A DNA stretch of 64,000 nucleotides from an uncultured Alphaproteobacteria bacterium (GTDB lineage: Bacteria > Pseudomonadota > Alphaproteobacteria > HIMB59): positions 2,118 through 66,117 of the forward strand of contig CACNEB010000007.1 in the NCBI GenBank assembly GCA_902619375.1, given 5' to 3'. Below the pieces are notes generated by a model. The model was not told where the DNA came from, did not search any database, and worked only from the letters and a program-made list of their open reading frames with translations. The position numbers and the translations under genes are program-made. Of this stretch, positions 22,697 through 33,891 are shown in pieces (the first letter of the stretch is position 1; each line of letters opens with the position of its first letter).

Positions 22697-24025
22697 ATGA
22701 AAGAAGAAAATAATTTAGTATCAAGAGTAAAAAGGTACTCAAAAGTCACAACTTCCATGACTTCTTTAGCTACTAAATTTGCAGGTAAAAAATATTTAAA
22801 TTTTGATTTAAGTGATCAAAAGTATGCAGCCCAAATTACAGAGATTTTAGGTAATTTAAAAGGACCTTTGATGAAGGTAGCACAACTAAGCGCTACTATT
22901 CCAGATTTACTGCCTGAAGAATATGCAAGAAAATTAGCTGAATTACAGTCAAATGCACCTCCGATGTCTTGGGTGTTTGTTAAAAGAAGAATGAAAGCTG
23001 AATTAGGTGAAAATTGGCAAAATAACTTTGAAGAATTTAATCAAGAAGCAAGTTTTGCTGCCTCTTTAGGTCAAGTTCATAAGGCCAAATTGAAAACCAA
23101 TGATTATGTTGCTTGTAAACTCCAATATCCTGATATGTCTTCAGCAGTAGAGGCTGACTTAAACCAACTAAAAATAATATTTAAAATTTACTCTAGTTAT
23201 AATAAATCGATACAAATTAGAGAGATCTATAAAGAAATAGAAGCAAGACTAAAAGAAGAATTAAATTATAGCTTAGAAAACAAACATTTAAAAATTTTTA
23301 AATTTATTCATAAAAATAACACTTATATAAAAATTCCAAATGTTTACGAAAAAATCTCTACAAATAGACTTTTAGTCATGGAATTTCTTAATGGTAAAAA
23401 ATTAATTGAATACAAAAATGCACCACAAAAAACTAGAAATGAATTAGCAAAAAAATTATTCATGGCATGGTACTTACCCTTTTATAAATACGGTATAATT
23501 CATGGAGATCCACACTTAGGTAATTACTCAGTAGATAATAAAAATAATATTAATCTATTTGATTATGGCTGTGTAAGAATATTTCCACCTAAGTTTGTAA
23601 AGGGCGTAATAGACCTTTATTTTGCTCTAAAAGAAAAAGACAACAAAAAGATAAAAACTGCTTATCAAGTATGGGGGTTTAAAGACATTGATGATAAATT
23701 AATGAATGTTTTAAATAAATGGGCTTTATTCTTGTATGATCCAATCTTAAAAAATGAGGTTCGAAAAATACAAGACTCAGATAGTGGTATTTATGGAGCT
23801 AAAATTGCTAGCGAAGTCCATAAAGAGCTCAAAAAATATGGAGGAGTTAAACCTCCTAGAGAGTTTGTATTTATGGATAGAGCAGCGGTTGGTTTGGGGT
23901 CAATCTTTATTCATTTGAAAGCTGAAATAAATTGGTACAAGCTTTTTCATGACTTAATTAAAGATTTTTCAGTTAAAAGTGTTGAGTCCAATCAAAAAAA
24001 AGCGTTCAAATTTGCCGGTTTATGA
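22697..24025 (+). CDS. ABC1/UbiB/AarF-family atypical kinase
   Basis: LKGPLMKVAQ, AASLGQVH, K.QYP, HGDPH.GN, DYG. Confidence 0.92.
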   Translation: MKEENNLVSRVKRYSKVTTSMTSLATKFAGKKYLNFDLSDQKYAAQITEILGNLKGPLMKVAQLSATIPDLLPEEYARKLAELQSNAPPMSWVFVKRRMKAELGENWQNNFEEFNQEASFAASLGQVHKAKLKTNDYVACKLQYPDMSSAVEADLNQLKIIFKIYSSYNKSIQIREIYKEIEARLKEELNYSLENKHLKIFKFIHKNNTYIKIPNVYEKISTNRLLVMEFLNGKKLIEYKNAPQKTRNELAKKLFMAWYLPFYKYGIIHGDPHLGNYSVDNKNNINLFDYGCVRIFPPKFVKGVIDLYFALKEKDNKKIKTAYQVWGFKDIDDKLMNVLNKWALFLYDPILKNEVRKIQDSDSGIYGAKIASEVHKELKKYGGVKPPREFVFMDRAAVGLGSIFIHLKAEINWYKLFHDLIKDFSVKSVESNQKKAFKFAGL

Positions 24026-24121
24026 TGACTTTCAACAAATGTTTAATAAATTTTATAAATCTTAGACTTAACAAATTAGATTTATCTGATATACAACATA
24101 CCTTCTAAAAGGAACAAGTTA

Positions 24122-25237
24122 ATGATAATAGGCGCAGTTAAAGAAAAAAAAAAATTTGAGAATAGAGTTTCTATTTCTCCTGATGATGTAAAAAACTATG
24201 TAAAAGCTGGTCACCAAGTATTTATTGAAAAAGGGGCAGGTTCACTTTCAGGTTTTAATGATAAATCGTATAAAGAGTCTGGAGCAACTCTATCTACTTC
24301 TAAAGAAGTTTTTAAGAATTCTGATATTATTTTAAAAATAAATTGCCCAACCCCAGATGAATCTAAATTAATAAAAAATAATTCTATGGTTATTTGTCAA
24401 ATCAGTATACAGAACAACCAAGACAGTATTAAAATTTTAAATTCTAAAAAAATATCGGCGTTTGCATTAGAACTAGTCCCAAGAATTACTCGAGCTCAAG
24501 ATATGGATATTTTGTCCTCTCAAGCAAACTTAGCAGGATATCATGCGGTTATAGATGCTGCTCAAGAATTTAACAGAGTATTACCATTATTTATGACTGC
24601 TGCTGGTAAAGTTACTCCGGCAAATGTTTTAGTGATAGGTGCAGGTGTTGCAGGTTTACAAGCTATAGCAACTGCTAAACGATTAGGTGCTATTGTTTTT
24701 GCTACAGACGTAAGAATAGCCTCAAAAGAGCAAGTTGAGAGTCTTGGCGGTAAATTTGTTATGGTCGAGGATGAGGAGTCTAAGAATGCTGAAACGAAGG
24801 GTGGTTATGCAAAAGAAATGAGTGCAGAGTACCAAAAAAAACAAGAGGCTTTATTAGCAGAAACTTTAAAGACAATGGATATTGTAATATGTACTGCTCA
24901 AATACCAGGAAGAAAAGCACCTTTAATTTTGAAAAAAGAAATGTTGGAGAACATGCAAAATGGTTCAGTTATTGTTGATCTAGCTGTAGAGTCAGGAGGG
25001 AACTGCGAATTTAGCCAAGTTGGAAAAGTCGTTTCAAAAAATGGTCTTAAGATTGTAGGTCATGCCAACGTTCCTGGCAGAGTAGCAAATAACGCCTCAA
25101 GCCTTTTTTCAAAAAATATTTCTAACTTTTTAAAATTAATGAACTTTGAAGATAAGAAAAAATCTATGATTAATAAAAGTGATGAAATTATTAAAGCTAC
25201 AATGATTTGCTCAGCTGGAAAGATTTTAATAAAATAA
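24122..25237 (+). CDS. pntA: NAD(P) transhydrogenase alpha subunit, part 1
   Basis: RITRAQDMD.LSSQ, GAGVAGLQAIA, GGYAKEMS. Confidence 0.95.
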   Translation: MIIGAVKEKKKFENRVSISPDDVKNYVKAGHQVFIEKGAGSLSGFNDKSYKESGATLSTSKEVFKNSDIILKINCPTPDESKLIKNNSMVICQISIQNNQDSIKILNSKKISAFALELVPRITRAQDMDILSSQANLAGYHAVIDAAQEFNRVLPLFMTAAGKVTPANVLVIGAGVAGLQAIATAKRLGAIVFATDVRIASKEQVESLGGKFVMVEDEESKNAETKGGYAKEMSAEYQKKQEALLAETLKTMDIVICTAQIPGRKAPLILKKEMLENMQNGSVIVDLAVESGGNCEFSQVGKVVSKNGLKIVGHANVPGRVANNASSLFSKNISNFLKLMNFEDKKKSMINKSDEIIKATMICSAGKILIK

Positions 25238-25249
25238 AAAGGAGTTACT

Positions 25250-25639
25250 ATGTCAGAAATTTCAAATCAATTAGAAAGTTTATCATACAAAGCACAACAA
25301 ATTGCAAATGAAGCAAGCCAGTTAGCATCTAGTGTGGCCGAAACATCTGGAGGCCATAGTGACTTTATTATTTTTGGTATAACTGTTTTGGTATTGGCTT
25401 GTTTTGTAGGTTATTATGTAGTTTGGTCGGTTACCCCAGCTTTACACAGTCCCTTAATGGGTGTCACAAACGCTATTTCGTCCGTAATTATTGTTGGAGC
25501 TTTATTGGCCGCAGGTCCTGTTGATAGTAACATTTCTAAATATTTTGGTTTAGTTGCTGTAACTCTTGCTGCCGTTAACATATTTGGGGGGTTCGTTGTA
25601 ACAAATCGAATGCTCTCCATGTTTAAAAAGAAACAATAG
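25250..25639 (+). CDS. NAD(P) transhydrogenase alpha subunit, part 2 (membrane)
   Basis: [30 protein letters not shown]. Confidence 0.93.
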   Translation: MSEISNQLESLSYKAQQIANEASQLASSVAETSGGHSDFIIFGITVLVLACFVGYYVVWSVTPALHSPLMGVTNAISSVIIVGALLAAGPVDSNISKYFGLVAVTLAAVNIFGGFVVTNRMLSMFKKKQ

Positions 25640-25646
25640 GTAAAAA

Positions 25647-27038
25647 ATGTCAACTTTAACAACTGCAGCATATTTAGTTTCATCGGTTTTATTTATACTT
25701 TCTCTAAGAGGGTTATCACATCCCTCAACTGCAAGGAGAGGAAATTTTTTAGGAATTTTAGGGATGGCTATAGCCATAGTCACAACACTGTCCAATCCTG
25801 GTGTGCTCAGCTATAAAGAAATTGGAATAGCTTTTTTAATAGGAGGTTTGATTGGAACATCAATCGCAGTTAAAATTCAAATGACTGCTTTACCACAATT
25901 AGTTGCTGCTTTCCATAGCTTGGTAGGATTAGCTGCTGTGTTTGTTGCTGCCTCTGCATATTACAATCCTAGTGCCTTTAATATAGGTACTGTTGGATCT
26001 ATTCCAATGGGAAGTTTAATAGAAATGTCAATTGGAACAGCAATAGGTGCTGTGACTTTTACAGGATCTATAATAGCTTTTGGAAAACTCCAAGGTTTTG
26101 TCTCAGGAAATCCTTTAGTTTTCAAAGGTCAACATTTTATTAATTTACTTTTGGGTTTAGGAATTATCGCTTTAATTGTTAAGTTTTGCATCGATCAAAA
26201 CCAAGAATTATTTTGGCTTATCGTTTTTGCTTCATTTGTTATCGGGGTGCTTTTAATTGTCCCAATTGGAGGAGCAGATATGCCAGTTATTGTCTCAATG
26301 TTAAACTCATATTCCGGATGGGCCGCTGCTGGAATTGGTTTCACTCTATCTAATAACTTATTGATTATTACTGGCGCACTCGTTGGTTCGTCAGGAGCTA
26401 TCTTGAGTTACATAATGTGCAAGGGAATGAATAGATCTTTCTTAAACGTTTTACTTGGAGGATTTGGTGGTGAACAAGCAGCTAGTGCTGGCGGAGTAAA
26501 AGATGATCGTCAAGCAAAACAAGGTAACGCTGCTGATGCTGCTTTTATGATGAAAAATAGCAAAACAATAATCATTGTTCCTGGTTACGGAATGGCTGTT
26601 GCTCAAGCACAACATGCACTGAGAGAGATGGGTGATTTACTTAAAGCAGCAGGTGCAGAAGTGAGATATGCAATCCATCCTGTAGCTGGAAGAATGCCGG
26701 GACACATGAACGTGTTACTTGCAGAAGCAAATGTTCCTTATGATGAAGTCCTAGAACTTGATGAAATTAACAGAGATTTCTCTGAGACTGATGTTGCATT
26801 TGTGATTGGTGCTAATGATGTAACAAACCCAGCTGCAAAAACTGATAAGACTAGTGCCATTTATGGTATGCCTATTTTAGATGTGGAAAATGCTGGTCAA
26901 GTATTTTTCGTTAAAAGAGGTATGGCTAGTGGATATGCAGGTGTTCAAAATGAACTATTTTTCAGAGACAATACCTTAATGCTATTTGGAGATGCTAAGA
27001 AAGTTTGTGAAGATATAATTAAAGGACTTGAGAACTAG
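25647..27038 (+). CDS. pntB: NAD(P) transhydrogenase beta subunit
   Basis: [38 protein letters not shown]. Confidence 0.96.
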   Translation: MSTLTTAAYLVSSVLFILSLRGLSHPSTARRGNFLGILGMAIAIVTTLSNPGVLSYKEIGIAFLIGGLIGTSIAVKIQMTALPQLVAAFHSLVGLAAVFVAASAYYNPSAFNIGTVGSIPMGSLIEMSIGTAIGAVTFTGSIIAFGKLQGFVSGNPLVFKGQHFINLLLGLGIIALIVKFCIDQNQELFWLIVFASFVIGVLLIVPIGGADMPVIVSMLNSYSGWAAAGIGFTLSNNLLIITGALVGSSGAILSYIMCKGMNRSFLNVLLGGFGGEQAASAGGVKDDRQAKQGNAADAAFMMKNSKTIIIVPGYGMAVAQAQHALREMGDLLKAAGAEVRYAIHPVAGRMPGHMNVLLAEANVPYDEVLELDEINRDFSETDVAFVIGANDVTNPAAKTDKTSAIYGMPILDVENAGQVFFVKRGMASGYAGVQNELFFRDNTLMLFGDAKKVCEDIIKGLEN

Positions 27039-27235
27039 TCGAATTTCTTCTTACGCATAAGTTTTTTAAATCTTTTAATTGATTCGGCTTTTTCGCGGAG
27101 CTTTCTCTCTGATGGTTTTTCATAATTTTTTCTAAGCTTTAATTCTTTGAAAATACCCTCTCTTAAAAGCTTTTTTTTGAGTACGCGTATAGCAGCCTCA
27201 ACATTATTATCTCTGACTTGAACTTCTATTGCCAA
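27035..27235 (-). CDS. rpsU: 30S ribosomal protein S21
   Basis: [17 protein letters not shown]...YEKPSE; TTG start at 27235 with GAGG upstream; shorter than the track ORF. Confidence 0.93.
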   Translation of the reverse strand: MAIEVQVRDNNVEAAIRVLKKKLLREGIFKELKLRKNYEKPSERKLREKAESIKRFKKLMRKKKFD

Positions 27236-27272
27236 TCTAGTAACCTCATAAAGGCGTAATTTATATATAAAT

Positions 27273-27902
27273 ATGAAGTCAAAGCAAGAAAAATTAGCTA
27301 ACTTATTTATTAATGAAGTACCCAAATTTGGTTGGTCTAGAGAAACTCTCTTACAATGTGCAAAAAAGCAAAGAATTTCAACATCTGTTCTAGCAAAATT
27401 ATTTCCATCTTTTGAATATGATGTCTTAAAATTCATCATTGCTCAAAATAACATTCAAGTTGAGAAAAATTACAACTCCTTCAACAACTCACGATTAAAA
27501 ACTAGAGATAAAATTAAAATAATCATGGAGTTGAAATTTGAAAATAACAATCATCTAAAAAAAGCATTGCCTGAAATGCTAAAATTTCTTTTGAGACCTG
27601 GTAACATATTAATGTCCATTAAAATGCTTCATGAAAATAGTGACTTTATATGGAGTTTATCAGGTGATAAATCAAATGATTTTAGTTACTACTCAAAGCG
27701 AGGTTTGCTTTCAATGATTTATCTTGCCACATTAATTTATTGGCTTAACGATAAGTCAGAAAAAGATATTGCTACCAAAAACTTTATCAGCAAATCAGTT
27801 GATGGAATAGTTGATGGGGTTTCAAGACTCAAACAATTAAGCATATTAAAGAATTTAGCTGAAAACTTCATGTCAAGATACGCATCAAAAAGAACGTCTT
27901 AA
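27273..27902 (+). CDS. COQ9-family protein divergent from rpsU
   Basis: [21 protein letters not shown]; typical position. Confidence 0.88.
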   Translation: MKSKQEKLANLFINEVPKFGWSRETLLQCAKKQRISTSVLAKLFPSFEYDVLKFIIAQNNIQVEKNYNSFNNSRLKTRDKIKIIMELKFENNNHLKKALPEMLKFLLRPGNILMSIKMLHENSDFIWSLSGDKSNDFSYYSKRGLLSMIYLATLIYWLNDKSEKDIATKNFISKSVDGIVDGVSRLKQLSILKNLAENFMSRYASKRTS

Positions 27903-27964
27903 ACTAATAAATTTTCTTCATCTAATATTTTAATTCATTATAATAGTTTTATAACTTAGGAGGA

Positions 27965-29356
27965 TTGATGAATTTGCAGAAAACTATAACGCCTATTGAT
28001 AATTCTATATACCTAGAGAGAGAATTAGCTTCAGATAGTAAAATTAATTCAGTCATAGATAAAGCCTCAACAAGTTTTGAAATTTGGAAAAACACATCTC
28101 TTGATGACCGAATTAATATTGTTAATAAATTTATTAATAACTTAATCGATCTCAAAGATGAAATATCAAAAGAAATTTGTTGGCAAATTGGAAGGCCCAT
28201 ATCTCAATGTGCAGGAGAATTAAGAGGCTTTGAAGAGCGCTCAAGACACATGGTAGATATTGCGAAAGACTCATTACAAAATCTTCCAGCCACTCAAAAT
28301 GAAGAATTTGACAACTATATATACAAAACACCTCTTGGGGTGATTTTTGTAATGGCCCCATGGAATTATCCGATTATTACTGCAACTAACACAATTGTTC
28401 CTGCTATAATTTCAGGTAATAGTTTAATTTTAAAACATTCATCTCAAACACCAAGATGTGCAGAACTAATTTTTCAAGCTTTTGAAAATACGGGGATACC
28501 TGAAGGTGTTTTCCAATTTATTCATACTGATCATAAAGCTTGTGAAAAAATAATCTCTGACTCAAGAATAGCTCACGTTGTTTTTACTGGCTCTGTAAGA
28601 GGAGGTCAGGAGGTAAAAAAATATATAGGAACACGATTTATTAATGCTGGTCTAGAATTAGGAGGGAAAGATCCTGCCTACGTTAGAGCAGATGCTGATT
28701 TAAAACACGCAATTGAAAACCTCGCAGACGGTGCATTATTTAATTCTGGTCAATCTTGTTGTGGTATAGAAAGAATTTATGTAGATAAAAAAATTTATAA
28801 AGAGTTTATAGATGGCTTCAAAAGCATTACTGAAAATTATAATTTAAACGATCCCTCAAAACCTGACACAAATTTAGGCCCTGTAGTAAGACAATCAGCA
28901 GCTAATTTTATTAGAGCTCAAATAAATGAAGCGGAGAGCAGCGGAGCAAAACGTCTTATTGATGAGAGTAAATTTACAATATCCAGAGAAGATAATTGTT
29001 ATGTTAGCCCTCAAGTAATGGTTGATGTCAATCATGATATGAGATTCATGATGGAGGAAACTTTTGGTCCTGCTGTTGGAATTATGCCAGTAGATGATGA
29101 TAAAGAAGCAAAAAATTTGATGAATGATAGCCCTTATGGACTAACTGCATCTATTTGGACAAAAGATTTGGAGTTTGCTAAAGAATTTGGAAAAAATATT
29201 CAAACAGGAACTTTCTTCATGAATAGATGTGATTACTTAGATCCGGCACTTGCATGGACAGGCGTAAAAGACACTGGTATCGGTTGCTCACTTTCAGTAT
29301 TAGCATTTGATCAATTTACAAGACCACAGAGTTTTCATATGCGCAAAGTAGTTTAG
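27965..29356 (+). CDS. Aldehyde dehydrogenase
   Basis: PWNYP, FTGS, LELGGKDP, NSGQSCC, EETFGP. Confidence 0.94.
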   Translation: MMNLQKTITPIDNSIYLERELASDSKINSVIDKASTSFEIWKNTSLDDRINIVNKFINNLIDLKDEISKEICWQIGRPISQCAGELRGFEERSRHMVDIAKDSLQNLPATQNEEFDNYIYKTPLGVIFVMAPWNYPIITATNTIVPAIISGNSLILKHSSQTPRCAELIFQAFENTGIPEGVFQFIHTDHKACEKIISDSRIAHVVFTGSVRGGQEVKKYIGTRFINAGLELGGKDPAYVRADADLKHAIENLADGALFNSGQSCCGIERIYVDKKIYKEFIDGFKSITENYNLNDPSKPDTNLGPVVRQSAANFIRAQINEAESSGAKRLIDESKFTISREDNCYVSPQVMVDVNHDMRFMMEETFGPAVGIMPVDDDKEAKNLMNDSPYGLTASIWTKDLEFAKEFGKNIQTGTFFMNRCDYLDPALAWTGVKDTGIGCSLSVLAFDQFTRPQSFHMRKVV

Positions 29357-29417
29357 AGCATTGGTCTACATAGTTATTAATAAAATGTTAAAATATTTAA
29401 TTATTTAGTTTTCGACT

Positions 29418-30779
29418 ATGAGCATTACTTTTAAAGAATTAGAAAAAAAAATAAAATCAAAAGAGATTGATACTGTTTTAGTATCTCTATCCGATATGCA
29501 AGGTCGACTAGTGGGAAAAAGAGTAACAGGTAAGGCTTTTTTAGACTACGTTCACAAAGAAACTCATTTTTGTGACTATCTTTATACGGTTGATATGGAT
29601 ATGTATACAGTTCCCGGATTTAAATCATCCTCTTGGGAGACTGGGTACGGAGATATGACTGTTAAGCCTGACCAAAGAACCATCAAAGTTTTACCATGGT
29701 TAGAGAAAACAGCTTTAGTTCTCGGCGATGCTTTTCAACATGATGGAAAGACTCCTGTTTCGCATTCCACAAGACAAGTTTTAAGAGAGGCGATTATAAA
29801 AGCAAATAAAATGGGATTTGAACCGATGTTAGGTTCAGAATTAGAATTCTTTCTTTTCAAACAAACTTATGAAGATATACATTCTAGTTATTATAAAAAT
29901 TTAAAAGAAACATCATGGTACATAGAAGATTATATGATATTTCAAACTTCAAAAGAGGAGCCTTTTAACCAAGAGTTAAGAAATAGTTTATTAGACTCCG
30001 GTATATATGTTGAGTGCACTAAAGGGGAGGCATCACCTGGCCAACAAGAAATAAATGTAGTTTTTACTGATGCTCTTAGTATGGCAGATAACCATATATT
30101 AATTAAAAATGCTGCAAAAGAGATTGCTTTTAAACATAATCGTGCTGTTAGTTTTATGGCAAAATACAAACAAGATTTCTGTGGAAGTTCCTGCCACATT
30201 CATAATTCTTTATTCGATATAAAAACAAAAAAAAATATTTTCTCTGATACCAAAGACAAATATGGAATGTCTAAAATTTTCAAAAGCTATGTAGCTGGAC
30301 AAATTTTATTTTTGAGGGATCTATCAATTTTTTTAGCTCCAAACGTAAACTCTTATAAAAGATTTCAAGAGTCTTCTTTTGCTCCTACTTCTGCCGCCTG
30401 GGGAATTGATAATAGAACAGCTGGATTTAGATTAGCAGGACATGGAAGTTCAATAAGAATTGAATGTAGAGTTCCTGGGGCAGATGTTAATCCCTACCTT
30501 GCTTTTGCTGGATTGATTCAAGCAGGTCTGTATGGAATTGAGAATAAATTAGAACTTGAAGAGCCATTATCTGGAAATATATATCAAAATAGAAAGGCAA
30601 AAAATGTTCCAGGTACACTTTATGAAGCAATTGAACTCGCTAAGAAATCAAAATTATTACCAAAGATTTTCCATTCTGATGTTTTAGACCACTATATTCA
30701 TGCTGCAAAATGGGAGCAGAGTGAATATGATAAGTCTGTAAATGACTGGGAGCACCGTCGTTATTTTGAGAGAGGATAA
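29418..30779 (+). CDS. Glutamine synthetase-like gamma-glutamyl ligase
   Basis: DMQGRL.GKR, ELEFF, GQQEIN, GSSCHIH, DNRT, IECRVPGAD.NPY. Confidence 0.9.
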   Translation: MSITFKELEKKIKSKEIDTVLVSLSDMQGRLVGKRVTGKAFLDYVHKETHFCDYLYTVDMDMYTVPGFKSSSWETGYGDMTVKPDQRTIKVLPWLEKTALVLGDAFQHDGKTPVSHSTRQVLREAIIKANKMGFEPMLGSELEFFLFKQTYEDIHSSYYKNLKETSWYIEDYMIFQTSKEEPFNQELRNSLLDSGIYVECTKGEASPGQQEINVVFTDALSMADNHILIKNAAKEIAFKHNRAVSFMAKYKQDFCGSSCHIHNSLFDIKTKKNIFSDTKDKYGMSKIFKSYVAGQILFLRDLSIFLAPNVNSYKRFQESSFAPTSAAWGIDNRTAGFRLAGHGSSIRIECRVPGADVNPYLAFAGLIQAGLYGIENKLELEEPLSGNIYQNRKAKNVPGTLYEAIELAKKSKLLPKIFHSDVLDHYIHAAKWEQSEYDKSVNDWEHRRYFERG

Positions 30780-30791
30780 ATAGGGTTATAA

Positions 30792-31937
30792 ATGCAAAAT
30801 ATGAATTGGAATTATCCAACAAATGTTTGGTTTGGAGTTGATAGATCAAAAGAAATACAAAAAGCTTGTGATACTTTAGGTATTAAAAATCCTTTAATTG
30901 TTACAGATCCTGGATTATTGCAAACATCAATTATTGATGAAATCAATAGTGGCCTCTCATCTAATACGCAAATTTTCAGTGATGTTCAAGGAAACCCAAC
31001 TGGTTCAAATGTAACTAATGGTGTAAAGGTTTTTTTAGAGGGTAACCATGACGGAGTAATAGCCATAGGTGGCGGATCTGGAATGGACGCTGGAAAAGGA
31101 ATAGCTTTTTTAGCTCATCAATCAAGACCACTTTGGGATTTTGAAGATATTGGAGATTGGTGGACAAGAGCAGACTCAAGTGTAATTAAACCTATAATAG
31201 CTATACCTACGACTGCAGGAACAGGTTCCGAAGTGGGAAGAGCAGCTGTCTTTTTAAATGAAGAAAATCATAAAAAGAAAATAATTTTTCACCCAAAAAT
31301 GTTACCACAGATTGCGATACTAGACCCATCTTTGACATTAAATTTACCAAAAAGTATTACAGCTGGAACAGGAATGGATGCATTGGCACACTGTATTGAA
31401 GCTTATTCGTCTCCTTTTTATCACCCAATGGCAGAGGGCACAGCTTTAGAGGGTTTAAGACTAGTCAAAGAAAATATTCAAGAGGTTTATCATAATGGAA
31501 ATAATGTTGAAGCAAGATCGCATATGTTAGTTGCTTCTATGATGGGTGCAGCTGCATTTCAAAAGGGTCTAGGAGCTATTCACTCTGTTACACACCCAGT
31601 AAATTCCTTATACAAGACTCATCATGGAACTACAAATGGTACAGTTATGCCATTTGTTTTGAATTATAACCGTAGCACTATTGAAGAAAAATTTACTAGA
31701 TTGGCAAATTTTTTAGATATTAAAAATGGCTTCGAGGGTATCGTTGATTGGATTATTGAATTAAAAAAAGATATGGAGATACCTGAAACACTTAAAGATA
31801 TGGGTGTTAATGAGGGAGATGAGATTAAATTGGCGCCATTAGCGCAAGAGGATCCAAGCACTGGTGCAAACCCACTAGAGATGACAGTAGAAAGATTTCA
31901 AGAATTAATATTAAATTGTATTTCCGGAAAATATTAA
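30792..31937 (+). CDS. Iron-containing alcohol dehydrogenase
   Basis: GGGSGMD, PTTAGTGSE, GMDALAH, H..HHG. Confidence 0.93.
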   Translation: MQNMNWNYPTNVWFGVDRSKEIQKACDTLGIKNPLIVTDPGLLQTSIIDEINSGLSSNTQIFSDVQGNPTGSNVTNGVKVFLEGNHDGVIAIGGGSGMDAGKGIAFLAHQSRPLWDFEDIGDWWTRADSSVIKPIIAIPTTAGTGSEVGRAAVFLNEENHKKKIIFHPKMLPQIAILDPSLTLNLPKSITAGTGMDALAHCIEAYSSPFYHPMAEGTALEGLRLVKENIQEVYHNGNNVEARSHMLVASMMGAAAFQKGLGAIHSVTHPVNSLYKTHHGTTNGTVMPFVLNYNRSTIEEKFTRLANFLDIKNGFEGIVDWIIELKKDMEIPETLKDMGVNEGDEIKLAPLAQEDPSTGANPLEMTVERFQELILNCISGKY

Positions 31938-32716
31938 ATTTTTAGAAATTGTTGGTGCGCTTTTTTTGAAATTGATGCAACAACATCACCATTTGATTGA
32001 AAATTTAAAGGATTTCCTCTCCAATCACTTATTATACCACCGCTCTCTTCTACAATATTAACTAAAGGAATATAATCATAAGGTTTTAAGAAAGACTCTA
32101 CTACTAAGGGTATTCTTTTTTCAGCTAAAAGTCCGTATTGCACACAATCACCACCAAAGGTTGCATATTTAGTTTTTTTAATCAGAGCATTATATTTTTT
32201 ATTCTTATTATTTGACTTGAAAGCTGTCATTCCAGAGGTACTAAAATATAATTTAGATAAGTTTAAATTATTTTGAGATTTCTTAATTTTTATTCCATTA
32301 CAATAAGCACCATTGTCTCTAATTCCAATCCATGTTTTTTTTATATCAGGACAGTTAATAATTCCAATTACGGGTATTTTATCAATACACAAAGAAATTA
32401 ATGTGCCAAAATTACTATTTCCATTAATAAAATTTTTTGTTCCATCTATTGGATCAATTACCCATACAAATGGAGAGTTATTTGATTTATTTTTGTATTC
32501 CTCTCCGTATATATCGTGACCAGGATATTTTTTAATGATCATTGATCGCAATTCTTTTTCAATTTTCATGTCTATTTTAGTTACGGGTGATTTATCCGAT
32601 TTGAAATCTATTTTTAGTCGATGAGAGGGTGTTTTTTTTAATATTCTTTCTGATGCACTAACAAGTTTTTTAGCAAAGTTTAAATATTGAGATAAATCTT
32701 TAATTTTTAAAGGCAT
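31934..32716 (-). CDS. Inositol monophosphatase family (HisN-like)
   Basis: SPVT..D, GEE, WVIDPIDGT. Confidence 0.85.
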   Translation of the reverse strand: MPLKIKDLSQYLNFAKKLVSASERILKKTPSHRLKIDFKSDKSPVTKIDMKIEKELRSMIIKKYPGHDIYGEEYKNKSNNSPFVWVIDPIDGTKNFINGNSNFGTLISLCIDKIPVIGIINCPDIKKTWIGIRDNGAYCNGIKIKKSQNNLNLSKLYFSTSGMTAFKSNNKNKKYNALIKKTKYATFGGDCVQYGLLAEKRIPLVVESFLKPYDYIPLVNIVEESGGIISDWRGNPLNFQSNGDVVASISKKAHQQFLKI

Positions 32717-32757
32717 TTACAAAATATATAGAAAAAAAGCATTACTACTAATAATTT

Positions 32758-33393
32758 TTAATTTAAACTATTTTTAAGCTTCTGAAAAATAATCTCAAAA
32801 TTTTCTGATGTCTGAGCACCATTTATTACAATTTGTTTATTTATTATAAATGTAGGAATGCTATTTATTCCCATCTTTCTAGCTTGAATTTCTTCATTGG
32901 CGAGTGGCTCAATATTTTCTTGATCAGACAAATAACTTTTAAAATCTTCAGCGCCAATTTGATGTTTAATAGCTATATCTAACAATATATTGGGGTCACC
33001 TATGTCTTCACCATTCAAGAAATAAGACTCAAATAAACTATCTAAAACATTTTCCTGTATACCCTGTTTATATGCTAAAGCTAAAAGTCTATGTGAATTA
33101 AAGGAATTAGGGGTTGTCATTATAGAATCAAAGTTAAAATTAATTCCCTCTACAAGTCCTTCATCATAGATATTGTCATAAATCGTCTTTGCTGCATCAG
33201 CACTTCCAAATTTAGAAATTAAATATTCTTGCCTATCCATTCCATCAGGTGGCATGCCTGGATTTAATTGAAAAGGCCTCCAAGTTTGTTTGAATTTTGT
33301 ATCTTTATGATTAATGATTGCTCTTTCCAATCTTTTTTTACCAATATAGCACCACGGGCAAACAGTATCTGAAAATATATCAAGTTCGATCAT
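32758..33393 (-). CDS. DsbA/FrnE-family oxidoreductase
   Basis: SD.VCPWCYIG, PFQLNP. Confidence 0.9.
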   Translation of the reverse strand: MIELDIFSDTVCPWCYIGKKRLERAIINHKDTKFKQTWRPFQLNPGMPPDGMDRQEYLISKFGSADAAKTIYDNIYDEGLVEGINFNFDSIMTTPNSFNSHRLLALAYKQGIQENVLDSLFESYFLNGEDIGDPNILLDIAIKHQIGAEDFKSYLSDQENIEPLANEEIQARKMGINSIPTFIINKQIVINGAQTSENFEIIFQKLKNSLN

Positions 33394-33483
33394 AAATTTA
33401 TTTCAATATTCATGACATAAAAAAATAATAATTCATAGTCATTAAATTTAAAAATCTGATAAAATCTAATATGGGAGATTCAT

Positions 33484-33891
33484 ATGATAGAAAATTTTAA
33501 CGGAATATTTTATTTAATAATTTTTTTAATTATTTTAGTAATGAATGCTTTTTACGGTTTTAACTGTTTGTTTAATACCAAAAACTTCATAAGCAAATAT
33601 GGAATTGATGTGACAGCTGCATTTTTTGCAAGGTTTGCTGGAGCAGTAATTGTAGGTGCTGTATTAATGCAGTTATATATTTTATTTAGAGGTACAGATG
33701 CTACATGGGCATTCTTTAATTTTATGTTTATAATCATGACCATAATAGCAATATCAGCTTTTTACACTGGTGAGATAGATAAATTAGGAAGAACTGACCA
33801 ATATTCAAGAGAGGGATGGCTATCAACAGGTGGTCTTGCACTAGGTTGGGCTATTCTTTGTTTTGGATTAGCAGATAAGATTTATATTTAG
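33484..33891 (+). CDS. Hypothetical 4-TM membrane protein
   Basis: ORF with GGAG RBS and hydrophobic segments. Confidence 0.7.
   Translation: MIENFNGIFYLIIFLIILVMNAFYGFNCLFNTKNFISKYGIDVTAAFFARFAGAVIVGAVLMQLYILFRGTDATWAFFNFMFIIMTIIAISAFYTGEIDKLGRTDQYSREGWLSTGGLALGWAILCFGLADKIYI

Noticed and set aside
24026-24121. Possible structured leader upstream of pntA
   Set aside because: AT-rich; only a 4-bp CCTT/AAGG hairpin, no convincing structure
27236-27439. Long N-terminal extension of S21 in the ORF track
   Set aside because: Overlaps the divergent COQ9 gene; TTG at 27235 with an RBS gives a normal-sized S21
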